Below, piece after piece: positions 19,264-30,413 of a stretch of 64,000 bases of DNA. Both the position numbers and the translations under genes were made by a program. The notes under the pieces are model-generated. The model did not search any database and had not been told where the DNA came from. It saw nothing but the letters and a program-made list of their open reading frames with translations. The stretch lies in contig JAXGLU010000001.1 in NCBI GenBank assembly GCA_040769065.1, positions 2,783,556 to 2,847,555 of the forward strand, written 5' to 3'. The stretch comes from Bacteroidales bacterium. Its GTDB lineage: Bacteria; Bacteroidota; Bacteroidia; Bacteroidales; VadinHA17. The first letter of the stretch is position 1. Each line of letters starts with the position of its first letter.

Positions 19264-19848
19264 TTGGTTGATTTTCCAAGTGATAATGAACTTATTGAAA
19301 GGCTTCAGAAAAATGATATTGAGGCTTTTGATCTGATATATAAAAAATACTCAGGAAAAATATACCGTTTTGGATTAAAGTATCTTAGAGTCAGTTTTGA
19401 TGCTGAAGGTCTGGTCCAGACAGTTTTTCTTAAGATATGGGAAAACCGTAAAATCATTAGAAAAGGACCATCCTTTTATTCATATCTTTTTACGATTGCG
19501 TACAATGATATTTGCAAAACTTTCAGAGAAAGAAGTTACCTGAGAAAGTTCATTGTTGACACTCTTGCTGAAAATCGTCCCTATTCCTATAAAATTGAAG
19601 ACAACATTGATTATCAGTCGTTTTTAGAAAGAGTTCATAGGATAATAGATACCCTGCCGGAAAGGCAAAAAACAATTTTCAAAATGAGCAGGGAGGAAGG
19701 TAAAACAACAAAAGAAATTGCTAAAGAACTGGACCTTTCGCCCGGCACCATTGATAATTACGTGTCTGCATCCATAAGATTCATCCGCAACCATTTGAAA
19801 AATGAAAATCTGACTATGATGTTTTTCTTTTTCCTGTATTGCCTCTAA
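19264..19848 (+). CDS. ECF (sigma-70 family, group IV) RNA polymerase sigma factor
   Basis: 194 aa with a TTG start. Region 2 is NDIEAFDLIYKKYSGKIYRFGLKYL...VQTVFLKIWE. Region 4 is LPERQKTIFKMSREEGKTTKEIAKELDLSPGTIDNYVSAS. Confidence 0.85.
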   Translation: MVDFPSDNELIERLQKNDIEAFDLIYKKYSGKIYRFGLKYLRVSFDAEGLVQTVFLKIWENRKIIRKGPSFYSYLFTIAYNDICKTFRERSYLRKFIVDTLAENRPYSYKIEDNIDYQSFLERVHRIIDTLPERQKTIFKMSREEGKTTKEIAKELDLSPGTIDNYVSASIRFIRNHLKNENLTMMFFFFLYCL

Positions 19849-20135
19849 TAATTGCTTTTACATAAAGTTTTTCAAGGAACAATCAAATTTAAATATGAGA
19901 ATATGAATATTTCTGCCATTAAAGAAAGAGTTTGAACATCAGTTGGATGGTCAGATTAACTGTCAGATATTGATAGATTTATTCACCTTTTATTCTGCAA
20001 TACCTACGGATGTTTTCATTTAAATCCTTGTGCTATTGTTAAAAATTTATAAATAAATCAAAATCATTTCATATTTAATATGAGATTGAGTCTGCTCATG
20101 GATATTATATTATAAATATTAAACCACCTATAGTT

Positions 20136-21191
20136 TTGAAACCAGAAGAATTAGAAATTATTGATCGCTACATAAAGGGTACAGCGTGCGACAGTGAAAT
20201 AAAATTTGTGGAATCCCTTCTTGTTGAGGGAGAAACGAACCTCTATTTACGGAATTGTTTGGAAAAAGACTGGAATTCTTTTCTTGATCAGAATATATCT
20301 TCTGAGGCTGATTTGTCCCATTTACTTGACAGGATATATCATAAGATCGGGATGAAAGAGACAAGCAGACCGCTTAAGCCTTTACAGAAGATGTTACTGA
20401 TTTACAAGAAAGCAGCTGCTGTTCTGCTGATTCCAATTGTGCTAGCCGGTTTGTTCTTTTATAGTTTACAGTATGACAAAGAACAGAATATTGAAGGAGA
20501 GAGTGCTTCAACCAGGATTATTGCTCCAATGGGATCGCGTGTTTCATTCAATCTTCCGGACGGAACCAGGGGAATGCTTAACAGCGGATCATATCTTGAA
20601 TATTCCGCTCCTTTTGTTTCTGACCGGAAAGTAAAACTTGAAGGAGAAGCCTGGCTTGATATCAGTCATGATGATGAACACCCTTTTCAGATCACAACCG
20701 GAAGCTCGGTTGTAAGAGTACTTGGTACACGTTTTAATATCAGTGCATATCCTGCTGAAAATTACATCGAAGTGGTGCTTGATACGGGTAAAGTTGAATA
20801 TCACAGCAATATATCAGGAGAAAGTATAATCCTGTTACCCTCGGAAAGGCTGGTTTGTCATGAAGGCATAACCAGTAAGTCTGTTGTAGATCCCGAAAAA
20901 TACAATGCCTGGACTGAGGGCAAGCTTATTTTCAGGGGTGATCCGATGGCTGAAGTGGTAAAGAGAATTGAACGATGGTATAACGTAAAGATTGTTATTG
21001 CAGACAAAGAGCTTGAGAAATATTCATTCAGGGCAACTTTTCAGGATGACAAACTTGAAGATGTTCTATCATTCCTATCCATGACTTCTCCGATTAGGTA
21101 TGAAATATCATCGCGTAAATTATTACCGGACGGAACCCTGGAAAAACAGATAGTAACTATACATAAAAAGAATGATTCTGTTAACACTTAG
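20136..21191 (+). CDS. FecR-family anti-sigma factor / transmembrane sensor
   Basis: 351 aa. It has a central TM segment (AAAVLLIPIVLAGLFFY) and a FecR-type periplasmic domain (LPDGTRGMLNSGSYLEY...AWLDISHD...PFQITTGSSVVRVLGTRFNI). It lies directly downstream of the ECF sigma gene. Confidence 0.85.
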   Translation: MKPEELEIIDRYIKGTACDSEIKFVESLLVEGETNLYLRNCLEKDWNSFLDQNISSEADLSHLLDRIYHKIGMKETSRPLKPLQKMLLIYKKAAAVLLIPIVLAGLFFYSLQYDKEQNIEGESASTRIIAPMGSRVSFNLPDGTRGMLNSGSYLEYSAPFVSDRKVKLEGEAWLDISHDDEHPFQITTGSSVVRVLGTRFNISAYPAENYIEVVLDTGKVEYHSNISGESIILLPSERLVCHEGITSKSVVDPEKYNAWTEGKLIFRGDPMAEVVKRIERWYNVKIVIADKELEKYSFRATFQDDKLEDVLSFLSMTSPIRYEISSRKLLPDGTLEKQIVTIHKKNDSVNT

Positions 21192-21307
21192 AAATTAAAT
21201 CTATGGAAACAATAAACGGACCTTGAAAAAAGAAAAAAAGGAAATCGCGCCAACGATTTCCCAAAAACATCTGATCGACATTTTTAATCTTAAAACACTG
21301 CAAATTT

Positions 21308-24300
21308 ATGAAAAAAAAGCAACCCCTCAGAGAGTGTATATTCCCTTCTCTGAAAAAACCCTTACTAATTATGCGTATTGCCGCTTTTCTTATGATTCTA
21401 GGATTCCTGCAGGCATATGCAGTTGAAACCTATTCGCAGAAAACGAAGCTTTCTTTAGACTATTCAAATACGGAACTGATAAAGGTTCTTGATGATATTG
21501 AAGTTGAAAGTGAATTTTATTTTCTCTACAACGAAAAGCTTCTCAACACGAACCGGAAGGTCAGTATTGATGTGGATGAACAACCGATTAATGCAATACT
21601 GGATAATCTGTTTTCCGGTACCGATGTGAAGTACACTATTATTGACAGGAAAATAATCCTTGCCCCGGAATATCTGACAAAAGGAACAGATAGTAATGTT
21701 AACCTTCAGCAACATACAATAACAGGAAGAGTAATTGACAGTCAGACCATGGAACCCATGCCGGGTGTAAATATTGTGGTGAAAGGTACTACAATGGGTA
21801 CAGTAACCGACATAGAAGGCGGATATACTTTAAACATCAGTGATCCGAATTCTATTATTGTTGTTTCATTCATAGGATATATCCAACAGGAGATTGCCGT
21901 AACAGGAAGAAGAAATATTGATTTACTGATGACGCCAAGTGTTGAAACTCTTGATGAGGTAGTTGTTACAGCTCTTGGTATTCAGCGCGAGAAAAAAACG
22001 CTGACCTACTCATCGCAGCAGGTAGCTGGTGCGGAAATTATGAAAGCCAAGGATATCAACTTTATGAATGCGCTAAGCGGGAAAACAGCCGGACTTGAAA
22101 TTAAAAAGGCAGCATCCGGAGCAGGAGGTTCGACAAAAACGGTACTCAGGGGCTCAAAATCGTTTAGCGGCAATAGCGCGCCTTTGTATGTGATAGATGG
22201 TGTGCCGATAACTAACCGTATAGGAGGCCAGGCTGGTCTGTGGGGAGGTTATGATGAAGGTGACGGAATTTCGCAGCTTAATCCCGACGATATCGAAAGC
22301 ATCAGTCTGCTTAAAGGAGCGAACGCAGCTATTCTTTATGGAAGTCAGGGAGCTAATGGCGTTGTTATGATCACAACCAAAAAAGGCAGAGAAGGTACGA
22401 TGGACGTCAGCATTAGCAATGCTACGATGTTTGAAAGCATACTCGCATTTCCCGAATTGCAGTATAAGTATGGAGCCGTAGGCGATGCTAAAGAAAGTTG
22501 GGATGTTACACCTCTTTCAAGTTATGACGATACGTTTGTTAGGGATTTCTTCCAGAGAGGCCATAACATTGTTAGCAATGTTTCAATAAGCGGCGGTAAT
22601 GAAAGGACTACAGCTTATTTTTCTTACGCTAATACACTATCAAAAGGAATTATTCCTGAAAACCATTATCGTAAAGACAACGTAACTCTCAACCAGTCTA
22701 CAAAAGTTTTCAAGGATAAGCTGACAGTATCATCAAAGGTGATGTTTACATCTGAAATGGCGTATAACAGGCCTCCTAACGGATGGTATATGAATACCCT
22801 TACCGGACTCTACTGGTTCCCCCGACAGAAAAGTATCAGCGATTACAGAGATGGAGATAACTGGAAGGAATGGATACCAGACCGGTACATGTATAAAATG
22901 CACTGGCATGTTACCGACCACCACCAGTCGAACCCTTGGTGGATAACAAGAATGCAGCCCAGGGAAGACGGCGGGAAGAGAGTGATCGCAGGTCTTAATG
23001 TTACATATGATATATCAAAGAGCCTCAAATTTACTGTAAAGGGGAATTATGACTATGCCAATAAAAAGAATGAACAGAGGCATTGGGCTGGCTCAAACAC
23101 TACCAACGTTTCCAAAAACGGTACATGGAATTTCAGGGAGTTTAAAGACTGGATGTCGTATATAGACGCTATTCTGTCGTACAATAAATATTTTGGCAAT
23201 TTCAGTCTCAACGCCCTTGGAGGAATAAGTTACCAGGAAACAAGTTATGGTGATGGAGTCAGCGTAAACAATGGAGCTTCCTATCCCTTAATGCTTCCTA
23301 ATGAATTTTCACTTCAAAATATGCCTCATACTGTTGTAATAAATACAACCTTTCCGTCAAGAACTATTAAAGAGGGATATTTTGCCAACGCATCAATAGG
23401 ATATAAGGAAATGGTTTTCCTCGATCTTTCTGGCAGGATGGACAGATCGTCAACTCTTGCGTTCACGGAAAACGGCGTTGCATATTTCTATCCTGCCGTA
23501 GGTTTTAGCGGCATCATCAATCAAATGGTTTCGCTTCCCGATTTTGTGACCTTCGGCAAGGTAAGAGGTTCATATACAACAGTTGCAAACGACGTGGGAT
23601 TTGATAATATTATCCAGAGAATGACCATAAACAACAGGTCAGTTACTTCACCGGCAGGCAGTACCAGCGTAACATCTTCTGCATCTGTCAGCGCACCTAC
23701 AAGTCCTGATTGGCTTACAGCTAAGCCCGAAATGATTACAAGTGTTGAAATAGGTACCGATTGGAGATTCCTGGATGGAAAAGTGGGATTTGATTTTACC
23801 TATTATAACATTACAAGCACAGACCAGCGTATGTCAATACCAACCCTGCAGGGAGTAGGTTTTAATAGTATGCTCATTAATGCCGGTAAGATTACAAATA
23901 AAGGTATTGAATTTATAATTGACGCTGAACCCATTTCAAGAGGTTCTTTTTCATGGATAACTTCCCTCAATTATGCCCATAACAGAAATAAGATTGTAGT
24001 AGTTAACCCTGATGATACAAATCAGATAATAAACCTCGGATCATCTGAGGGTTACTATAGTCGGATCAAAAGCGGAGGCTCCTTTGGCGACCTTTATGCT
24101 TTCAATTTCGAGTACGATGATCAGGGCAGAATAAAACTTGACGATAATCAGAATCCGCTGAAAACAACAGAACCTGTATTTGTTGGAAGAATTGATCCTG
24201 ATTTTACTCTGGGATGGAACAACACATTCAGCTACAAGCGCCTTTCAATGGGATTTCTTGTTAACGGAGTATTCGGAGGAAACGTTTTGAGTTACACAGA

Positions 24301-24715
24301 AGCCATGCTCGACAATTATGGAGTATCGAAAAGAAGTGCTGATGCGAGAGACAAAGGAGGTGTTACAGTAAATGCCGCAATGCCTGATGGATCTGCAGTA
24401 ACGACGGTAGATCCTGAAAAATGGTATAGAGCAATCGGAAACATTAACGGATTATTGGGAGCTTATATATATGACAGAACAAATGTAAGACTTACCCAGT
24501 TCTCGCTGAATTATAACATTCCTATGGGAAGTCTTAACCTGCCTGTAAAGTCGGCAACGATAGGGCTTGTGGGGCAGAACCTTTTCTTCCTCTACAGGAA
24601 TGCTCCCTACGATCCTGAGTTAACAATGAGCGCGGGCACCAGCTCACAGGCATTGGATAATTTCAACTTGCCTTCGACGCGGACGTATGGTTTCAACATA
24701 AAAGTTAATTTTTAA
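21308..24715 (+). CDS. susC: SusC/RagA-family TonB-dependent outer-membrane transporter with N-terminal signalling (STN-type) extension
   Basis: 1135 aa. It has an N-terminal extension typical of sigma/anti-sigma-coupled transducers, a carboxypeptidase-regulatory-like domain (ITGRVIDSQTMEPMPGVNIVVKGT), a plug (VVVTALGIQREKK) and a terminal ...TYGFNIKVNF. Confidence 0.9.
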   Translation: MKKKQPLRECIFPSLKKPLLIMRIAAFLMILGFLQAYAVETYSQKTKLSLDYSNTELIKVLDDIEVESEFYFLYNEKLLNTNRKVSIDVDEQPINAILDNLFSGTDVKYTIIDRKIILAPEYLTKGTDSNVNLQQHTITGRVIDSQTMEPMPGVNIVVKGTTMGTVTDIEGGYTLNISDPNSIIVVSFIGYIQQEIAVTGRRNIDLLMTPSVETLDEVVVTALGIQREKKTLTYSSQQVAGAEIMKAKDINFMNALSGKTAGLEIKKAASGAGGSTKTVLRGSKSFSGNSAPLYVIDGVPITNRIGGQAGLWGGYDEGDGISQLNPDDIESISLLKGANAAILYGSQGANGVVMITTKKGREGTMDVSISNATMFESILAFPELQYKYGAVGDAKESWDVTPLSSYDDTFVRDFFQRGHNIVSNVSISGGNERTTAYFSYANTLSKGIIPENHYRKDNVTLNQSTKVFKDKLTVSSKVMFTSEMAYNRPPNGWYMNTLTGLYWFPRQKSISDYRDGDNWKEWIPDRYMYKMHWHVTDHHQSNPWWITRMQPREDGGKRVIAGLNVTYDISKSLKFTVKGNYDYANKKNEQRHWAGSNTTNVSKNGTWNFREFKDWMSYIDAILSYNKYFGNFSLNALGGISYQETSYGDGVSVNNGASYPLMLPNEFSLQNMPHTVVINTTFPSRTIKEGYFANASIGYKEMVFLDLSGRMDRSSTLAFTENGVAYFYPAVGFSGIINQMVSLPDFVTFGKVRGSYTTVANDVGFDNIIQRMTINNRSVTSPAGSTSVTSSASVSAPTSPDWLTAKPEMITSVEIGTDWRFLDGKVGFDFTYYNITSTDQRMSIPTLQGVGFNSMLINAGKITNKGIEFIIDAEPISRGSFSWITSLNYAHNRNKIVVVNPDDTNQIINLGSSEGYYSRIKSGGSFGDLYAFNFEYDDQGRIKLDDNQNPLKTTEPVFVGRIDPDFTLGWNNTFSYKRLSMGFLVNGVFGGNVLSYTEAMLDNYGVSKRSADARDKGGVTVNAAMPDGSAVTTVDPEKWYRAIGNINGLLGAYIYDRTNVRLTQFSLNYNIPMGSLNLPVKSATIGLVGQNLFFLYRNAPYDPELTMSAGTSSQALDNFNLPSTRTYGFNIKVNF

Positions 24716-24728
24716 TAACTGAACTAAC

Positions 24729-26357
24729 ATGAAAAAGATTATAAGTATTATCATATTAATAATTTTTATATCTGCCTGCGTGAAGGAAGACAGGTTTGAA
24801 TATATTAACAGAAGTGGCTCCGCTATAACATCTGAATCTTTAGGTCAGGATTTGAATTTTGGTTCAAGATTCCCGAATATACTTAGAGATATGGGGTTCC
24901 GTGTCGCCTGGGGTGATGCTCAATATGGTGTAGACTGGGGATGCGATAACTTTATGCGCCACACGGGCACACCTTTGGATGAAGCAGGTGGCAGAGACAT
25001 GATGAGCTATTATATGGTCGACTACTGGAATGAAGTTATATGGAACACTACATATAACAATGTTATGGCCCCGGCTAACGTGAATAAAAAAATGGCTCTG
25101 GAAGCAAATGCTACCTTGTTTGCAGCCTGGGCAGAACTATTTCAGGTAATCGCTCTGTCGAGGGCTACCGTCTACTATGGTCCGCTTATTTATTCGGAAT
25201 ATGGAGAGTTGAAAAAACAATTTGACTATGACAGCGAAGAATTTTTATATGAACAGTTTTTTGATAAACTCGACGAGATTCAGGATGTATTTGAAACTTA
25301 TGCACAAGCAAACAACCAAGATCTGGCAAGATTTGACGCTTCATATAACGGCGACCTTACAAAATGGCTGAAAATGATAAATTCGCTGAGGTTAAGGCTT
25401 GCAATGCGAATAGTTAAAGCCGATCCTATTCTTGCCAAAGCCCAGGGCGAAAAAGCAATATGTGATTCGGTCGGGCTCATACTTTCCAATACGGAGAATT
25501 TCAACACCTCTCTTTTAGGCGGAACATACCCTGTATGGACAATGAGCGACAGCTGGAATGACAATAGAATGGGATCAGGAATGGAAGAAGTGCTGATAGG
25601 ATATAAGGATCCAAGGATACATGTGTATTTTCAACCGGTGGATCCGAGCAATCAGGACTTATATGCCGATCATCCCGACTGGCCTTATAAAGGTATTGCC
25701 GGCGGAGCATATCTTAATAAGAAAGACAACTACATACCTTTTTCCAAGCTAGGTACATATTTTAGTCCCTCAGGAGCCGGAGGAAGTTTCAGGAAAATTC
25801 TGACCGCCGCGGAAGTAAATTTCATACTTGCAGAGGCTGCATTGAGAGGATGGAGCGGCGTGCAAAAAACAGTCCAGGAATATTATGAAGAAGGTGTTAG
25901 AACATCATGGGAAGATTGGGGCGCAACCGGAGACCTGGCGGCATATCTTGCCGATGATACAAGTGTGCCGATAGATTATATTGACCCTACAGATGAGAGG
26001 AATAATTACAATACCAAAATCACCATAACCATCAAATGGGATGAATCTGCAGGAGATGAAGAGAAGCTTGAACGGATTATGATGCAGAAATGGATTGACT
26101 CTTTCCAGAAAGCTAACGAAATGTGGAGTGACCACAGAAGAACAGGTTATCCAAAACTTAGCGATGTATCTAAGAACGATAGTAACGAAACCTGGGGCAT
26201 AATAGAACCCGGCGATGTTCTGAAGAGATATGTCTTTGTTTTGGCTGAAAGACTTAATAATCCGGCAGGCGTAGAGGAAGCAACGAAGAAGCTGGGACCA
26301 GGAGGCAATAAAATCAGTACTCGTCTCTGGATACACCCGGACAAGCCAAACTTCTAA
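24729..26357 (+). CDS. susD: SusD/RagB-family outer-membrane lipoprotein
   Basis: 542 aa. The lipoprotein signal is IILIIFISAC. It lies 13 nt downstream of susC. SusD-like helical-repeat patterns are present (WLKMINSLRLRLAMRI, MQKWIDSF...EMWSDHRRTGYPKL). Confidence 0.85.
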   Translation: MKKIISIIILIIFISACVKEDRFEYINRSGSAITSESLGQDLNFGSRFPNILRDMGFRVAWGDAQYGVDWGCDNFMRHTGTPLDEAGGRDMMSYYMVDYWNEVIWNTTYNNVMAPANVNKKMALEANATLFAAWAELFQVIALSRATVYYGPLIYSEYGELKKQFDYDSEEFLYEQFFDKLDEIQDVFETYAQANNQDLARFDASYNGDLTKWLKMINSLRLRLAMRIVKADPILAKAQGEKAICDSVGLILSNTENFNTSLLGGTYPVWTMSDSWNDNRMGSGMEEVLIGYKDPRIHVYFQPVDPSNQDLYADHPDWPYKGIAGGAYLNKKDNYIPFSKLGTYFSPSGAGGSFRKILTAAEVNFILAEAALRGWSGVQKTVQEYYEEGVRTSWEDWGATGDLAAYLADDTSVPIDYIDPTDERNNYNTKITITIKWDESAGDEEKLERIMMQKWIDSFQKANEMWSDHRRTGYPKLSDVSKNDSNETWGIIEPGDVLKRYVFVLAERLNNPAGVEEATKKLGPGGNKISTRLWIHPDKPNF

Positions 26358-26380
26358 TGTCAGATTATTAATTATAACTT

Positions 26381-26452
26381 AAAGAGGCTGTTAAGAATAA
26401 TATAAAAACTCTTGTTACATAACTTAACTGTGAAATCTTTAACAGCCTCTTT
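26381..26452 (+). terminator. 14-bp inverted repeat downstream of susD (possible terminator or structured element)
   Basis: AAAGAGGCTGTTAA (26381-26394) pairs with TTAACAGCCTCTTT (26439-26452). It is followed by TTAATTC. The 44-nt loop is long for a classical intrinsic terminator. Confidence 0.35.
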
Positions 26453-26585
26453 TAATTCAAAAGAAATATTGTAAATGCCGGATCTTACAACTGAAACAGC
26501 AGGAATAATAGATCCCCCCTGATGCACAACATTTCTCTTTTTTTATGTTCATTATTTTATTTTAAAGTTTATTAATAACAGATTT

Positions 26586-27521
26586 ATGAATAATAATCGG
26601 CAAAAAAGCCTTTTAGATTATTTTTTGTCCTCCTGTTTGTTGATTGCCCTTGCTTTCACAACAACGAATGCTCAGAAAGAGGCAACTGCTGAATTATTCA
26701 AATCTTCTGTCTTAACTCCTGTTAATAGTTTTACGTCTGATGTTGAAGGGCCGGGAGTAGACAGAGAGGGTAATTTATATGCTACCAACTTTCACCATTC
26801 AGGAACGATAGGTAAGGTTACGCCTGAAGGAATAGCCAGTGTTTTCCTGGAACTCCCGTCCGGAAGCATCGCTAACGGAATCCGTTTCGACAGCCATGGA
26901 AATATGATAATATCTGATTACGCAGATCATAAAATATTTAAGGTTAATATGGCTACAAAAGAGCTGACCCTTTTTATTAGTGAACCAGAGATGTCCCAGC
27001 CTAATGATATTGCAATTGACAGTAAAGACCGTATTTATGCAAGCGATCCTGACTTCAAGGCCAGAACAGGTCGTGTCTGGCGCATAGATCCTGATGGAAA
27101 AATCATCCTTCTTGATGATGAAGGTATCGGACTGGCAAATGGAATTGAAGTCAGCCCCGATGAAAAATCATTGTATGTTAATGCATCGCGAAGGCTATGG
27201 GCTTATGATCTGTCTGAAGAAGGAGAAGTCAGCAACAGACGGTTGTTACTTGAACATACAGCAGGATTTGACGGGATGCGGTGTGATATACAGGGAAACA
27301 TCTGGGCTTCATGTATTGGTAATGGAACTGTAGCTAAAATTTCTCCTGGAGGGAAGCTGTTGCAGGAAATACCTCTGATTGGGAAAAAGCCTACTAATGT
27401 AGCATTTGGGGGGAAAGACGGATGTACAATCTATGTAACTATAATGGATCAGGCCAATATAGAGAGTTTTCAGGTTGACATTCCCGGTCGTGAATGGATA
27501 ATGCAAAGGGGGAAGATGTAA
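26586..27521 (+). CDS. SMP-30/gluconolactonase/LRE-like beta-propeller protein
   Basis: 311 aa with a signal peptide. Repeated propeller motifs: NGIRFDSHGNMIISD, PNDIAIDSKDRIYASD, ANGIEVSPDEKSLYV, DGMRCDIQGNIW. Confidence 0.75.
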   Translation: MNNNRQKSLLDYFLSSCLLIALAFTTTNAQKEATAELFKSSVLTPVNSFTSDVEGPGVDREGNLYATNFHHSGTIGKVTPEGIASVFLELPSGSIANGIRFDSHGNMIISDYADHKIFKVNMATKELTLFISEPEMSQPNDIAIDSKDRIYASDPDFKARTGRVWRIDPDGKIILLDDEGIGLANGIEVSPDEKSLYVNASRRLWAYDLSEEGEVSNRRLLLEHTAGFDGMRCDIQGNIWASCIGNGTVAKISPGGKLLQEIPLIGKKPTNVAFGGKDGCTIYVTIMDQANIESFQVDIPGREWIMQRGKM

Positions 27522-27523
27522 CT

Positions 27524-28483
27524 ATGAGCTTTAAATCTGATATTGCAACTATCATAACCTTATCTGTAATCTTAATATCACTGGGATGTTTAAACCAGAA
27601 GATTAATTACAGAGCCGTTCCGCAAATTAATAACGGATTATTTACCATTAAAGTTAATAATCTGGAATTAGAGATCGATCCTGGCACCGGAGGACGAATT
27701 ACTTCGCTCAAAATTGACGGGGAGAATTTTTTTACTGAAAAATCGGTGGATTCAAGTAATTGGGGCTCCACTTTCTGGCCCAGTCCCCAAAGTGCCTGGA
27801 ACTGGCCTCCTCCTCCTGTTTTGGATAATAAGCCATACAGCGTTGTTGTAGAGGATAATGTGGTAAAAATGGTTAGCGGGAAAGATCCTGAATTTGGGTG
27901 GATATTTACCAAGGAAATCTCAGGTAATAGAAAAGAGGGCTCTTTTGATTTGAAATTTAAGATTACTAACGGCTCTGATTCCGCACAATCTGTTGCCCCC
28001 TGGGCAGTTTCGAGGGTACACACAAACGGCCTCACTTTTTTCCCGATCGGAGAAGGTGAGAGACATGGAGGACTGCTTCCTCTTGTTGTGGAAAAAGACG
28101 GAATCTTCTGGTTCTCTTATAAACAGGATGAATTACCTAAAAATGGGGATCGGCAATTGTACGTGGATGGTGCAGAAGGATGGTTAGCGCAGGTTAACGA
28201 CGGAGTGATTTTAATAAAGAAGTTTCCCGATATTCCGTTGGAGAAAAATGCACCAGACAAAGCAGGTCGTTTTGAAGGTGAAATAGAACTATTTGTAAGT
28301 AGAGTTTCTCCTGAAAGAGGCGTCTATGTTGAGATAGAACATCAGGGAGCATATGAAGAGTTAATGCCTGGTGAATCATCAACCTGGGAAGTGACCTGGC
28401 TACTGAGAAAACTGCCTGATAATATTAAACCTGAAGTCGGAAATAAAGACCTGGTTGATTATACAAGAAAACTGGTTAAATAG
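27524..28483 (+). CDS. lipoprotein, possibly galactose-mutarotase-like (DUF4380-like)
   Basis: The likely start is MSFKSDIATIITLSVILISLGC (27524). The track ORF starts at 27494, overlapping the previous gene. LELEIDPGTGGRITSLKIDGENF... resembles mutarotase-like DUF proteins, recalled from memory only. Confidence 0.35.
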   Translation: MSFKSDIATIITLSVILISLGCLNQKINYRAVPQINNGLFTIKVNNLELEIDPGTGGRITSLKIDGENFFTEKSVDSSNWGSTFWPSPQSAWNWPPPPVLDNKPYSVVVEDNVVKMVSGKDPEFGWIFTKEISGNRKEGSFDLKFKITNGSDSAQSVAPWAVSRVHTNGLTFFPIGEGERHGGLLPLVVEKDGIFWFSYKQDELPKNGDRQLYVDGAEGWLAQVNDGVILIKKFPDIPLEKNAPDKAGRFEGEIELFVSRVSPERGVYVEIEHQGAYEELMPGESSTWEVTWLLRKLPDNIKPEVGNKDLVDYTRKLVK

Positions 28484-28708
28484 AATAGTTAATTATAAAG
28501 AATAATGTTTTCGTCAACCCATTACCTCAAAAGCTTCCCTGATCTGATTCTTTGTTATCTTTGGGTGCGCTTTAAGGACAGACACTTTGGCACTCAGGCA
28601 CTGAGATGATTTGTGATTAAAAGAAAACCTGCAAAAGGGATTTGTATTACAAGAACTGAAAATTTCAGATAAATAGTTGAATCATTTAAAATTGATAATA
28701 ACGAAACA

Positions 28709-30235
28709 ATGAAAAGGAGAAAATTTTTCAAGTCGGTTGGCGCCCTGACTGCCGCCACATATGCTTTTCCAAATAAGGTAATTGATGAAGCTTCCGGTCT
28801 TTTTTATCATGGAAAGTTAATGGAAGCACCAAGAATCTTTTTTGACCAGGACAAATACAATAGCATGGGTCCTGAAGATGGACCAAACCAGCCTATGGGG
28901 CAGGCCTTGGGCATCAATCCGGGACGTGTGGTGTGGGCCTGGAATCCAAGTGCCACCAATGCGGATTGTAAAAATGTCCTGGAAAATAACGACTGGTATT
29001 TTAATCCCGTAAACTTCGATCAGAAGATTATTGATAGCATGTTTTCGGAATCAATAAAGGAACTGACGGGGAAGCGTAGTCTTAAAAAAGCATGGGACCT
29101 GCTTTTTCGCTATCACAACCTGAAAAAGCACAATAAAAACATTGGATATACTCCCGGTGAGAAAATATATATTAAGATCAATCAGGGAACTTCAGACTGG
29201 TTACTAAGCAGAGAAGATAAGCAAAATGGATATTTTGTTCCGAATTACCCGCTTAAGCCAGGTGTAAGAGTAAGGGGATACGGTGCAATGGAAACAGGCC
29301 CTTACATTGTTTTGGAACTGTTAAGGGAACTTGTTAATGAATGTAAAATAAATCAGTCGGATATATACATTGGTGATCCCCATAAGCATATCTTCGGACA
29401 TAATTACGCTTACTGGCATAATGAATTTCCCGATGTCAGATATCTTGACAAAGCCTCCGAAGATTTTAACCGTACTGTGGTCAACGTAACTGAAAAGGTG
29501 CTTCTTTTTTATTCAGACAAAACAATTGACGACAAGCTTTTTGATGTGATTGAAAATGCCGATTACATGATTAATCTGGCAAATTTCAAACCTCATGGAT
29601 CAGCAGGTATTACCCTTACGGCAAAGAACCATTTCGGCTCGATAGCCGGAAGAGCTTCCCGGCTTCATTATTCCAATGTAGCCCCGTCGTGGGAAACATC
29701 TCCGAGGCAAGTAGGCAATCCCAATAACGGCGGTTACAGAAAATACAGATCAATGGTCGACCTGATGGGTAGCAAATACCTTGGCCGGAATACCATGCTA
29801 TACATTATTGACGGATTATTCGGCGGTGGATCTGATGAAACAAAAGGCCCCGTAAAATATCTTATGCACCCTTTCAATAATCACTGGAGTTCTTCAATAT
29901 TCATATCGCAGGATCAGGTAGCGCTTGAATCTGTCTGTTTCGACTTTCTCAGAACCGAATGGGACGGGAAAAACAAACATGACCCGGCAAATGCAATATG
30001 GGAGTGGGTGCCCAACATGCCGGGAGTAGATGATTATTTACATCAGGCTGCTGATTCAAAGAACTGGCCTGATGGTATCATTTACGATCCGGATAACAGC
30101 GGATTGCCATTGCCAAGCCTTGGTGTCCACGAACACTGGAACAATCCCTTCGATATGCAATACTCAGGAAATCTTGGTCGTCGGGGTGGAATAACATTGG
30201 TAAGAGTAGGCGGGAATGTTGTTAGGAGAACCTGA
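28709..30235 (+). CDS. DUF362-like protein with TAT signal (paralogue of 13288..14871, no T9SS domain)
   Basis: 508 aa. The TAT signal is MKRRKFFKSVGALTAATYA. DUF362-like motifs are EKIYIKINQG and NFKPHGSAGITLTAKNHFGS. Confidence 0.6.
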   Translation: MKRRKFFKSVGALTAATYAFPNKVIDEASGLFYHGKLMEAPRIFFDQDKYNSMGPEDGPNQPMGQALGINPGRVVWAWNPSATNADCKNVLENNDWYFNPVNFDQKIIDSMFSESIKELTGKRSLKKAWDLLFRYHNLKKHNKNIGYTPGEKIYIKINQGTSDWLLSREDKQNGYFVPNYPLKPGVRVRGYGAMETGPYIVLELLRELVNECKINQSDIYIGDPHKHIFGHNYAYWHNEFPDVRYLDKASEDFNRTVVNVTEKVLLFYSDKTIDDKLFDVIENADYMINLANFKPHGSAGITLTAKNHFGSIAGRASRLHYSNVAPSWETSPRQVGNPNNGGYRKYRSMVDLMGSKYLGRNTMLYIIDGLFGGGSDETKGPVKYLMHPFNNHWSSSIFISQDQVALESVCFDFLRTEWDGKNKHDPANAIWEWVPNMPGVDDYLHQAADSKNWPDGIIYDPDNSGLPLPSLGVHEHWNNPFDMQYSGNLGRRGGITLVRVGGNVVRRT

Positions 30236-30413
30236 CAGGAAAGGCTTCAGATAATTAATCCCGGGGTTCCCGGATGCAGAATTTCCGGTTTGTTCACGTC
30301 AAACCCGGGAAATCAGAATCTTTTTACTGCAAATTACCGGTTTGCCAAACACAAAATGACCTGCATAAAAGTCTGTGGATAACATTTAAAAAACATAAAC
30401 ATTGGGGAAACGG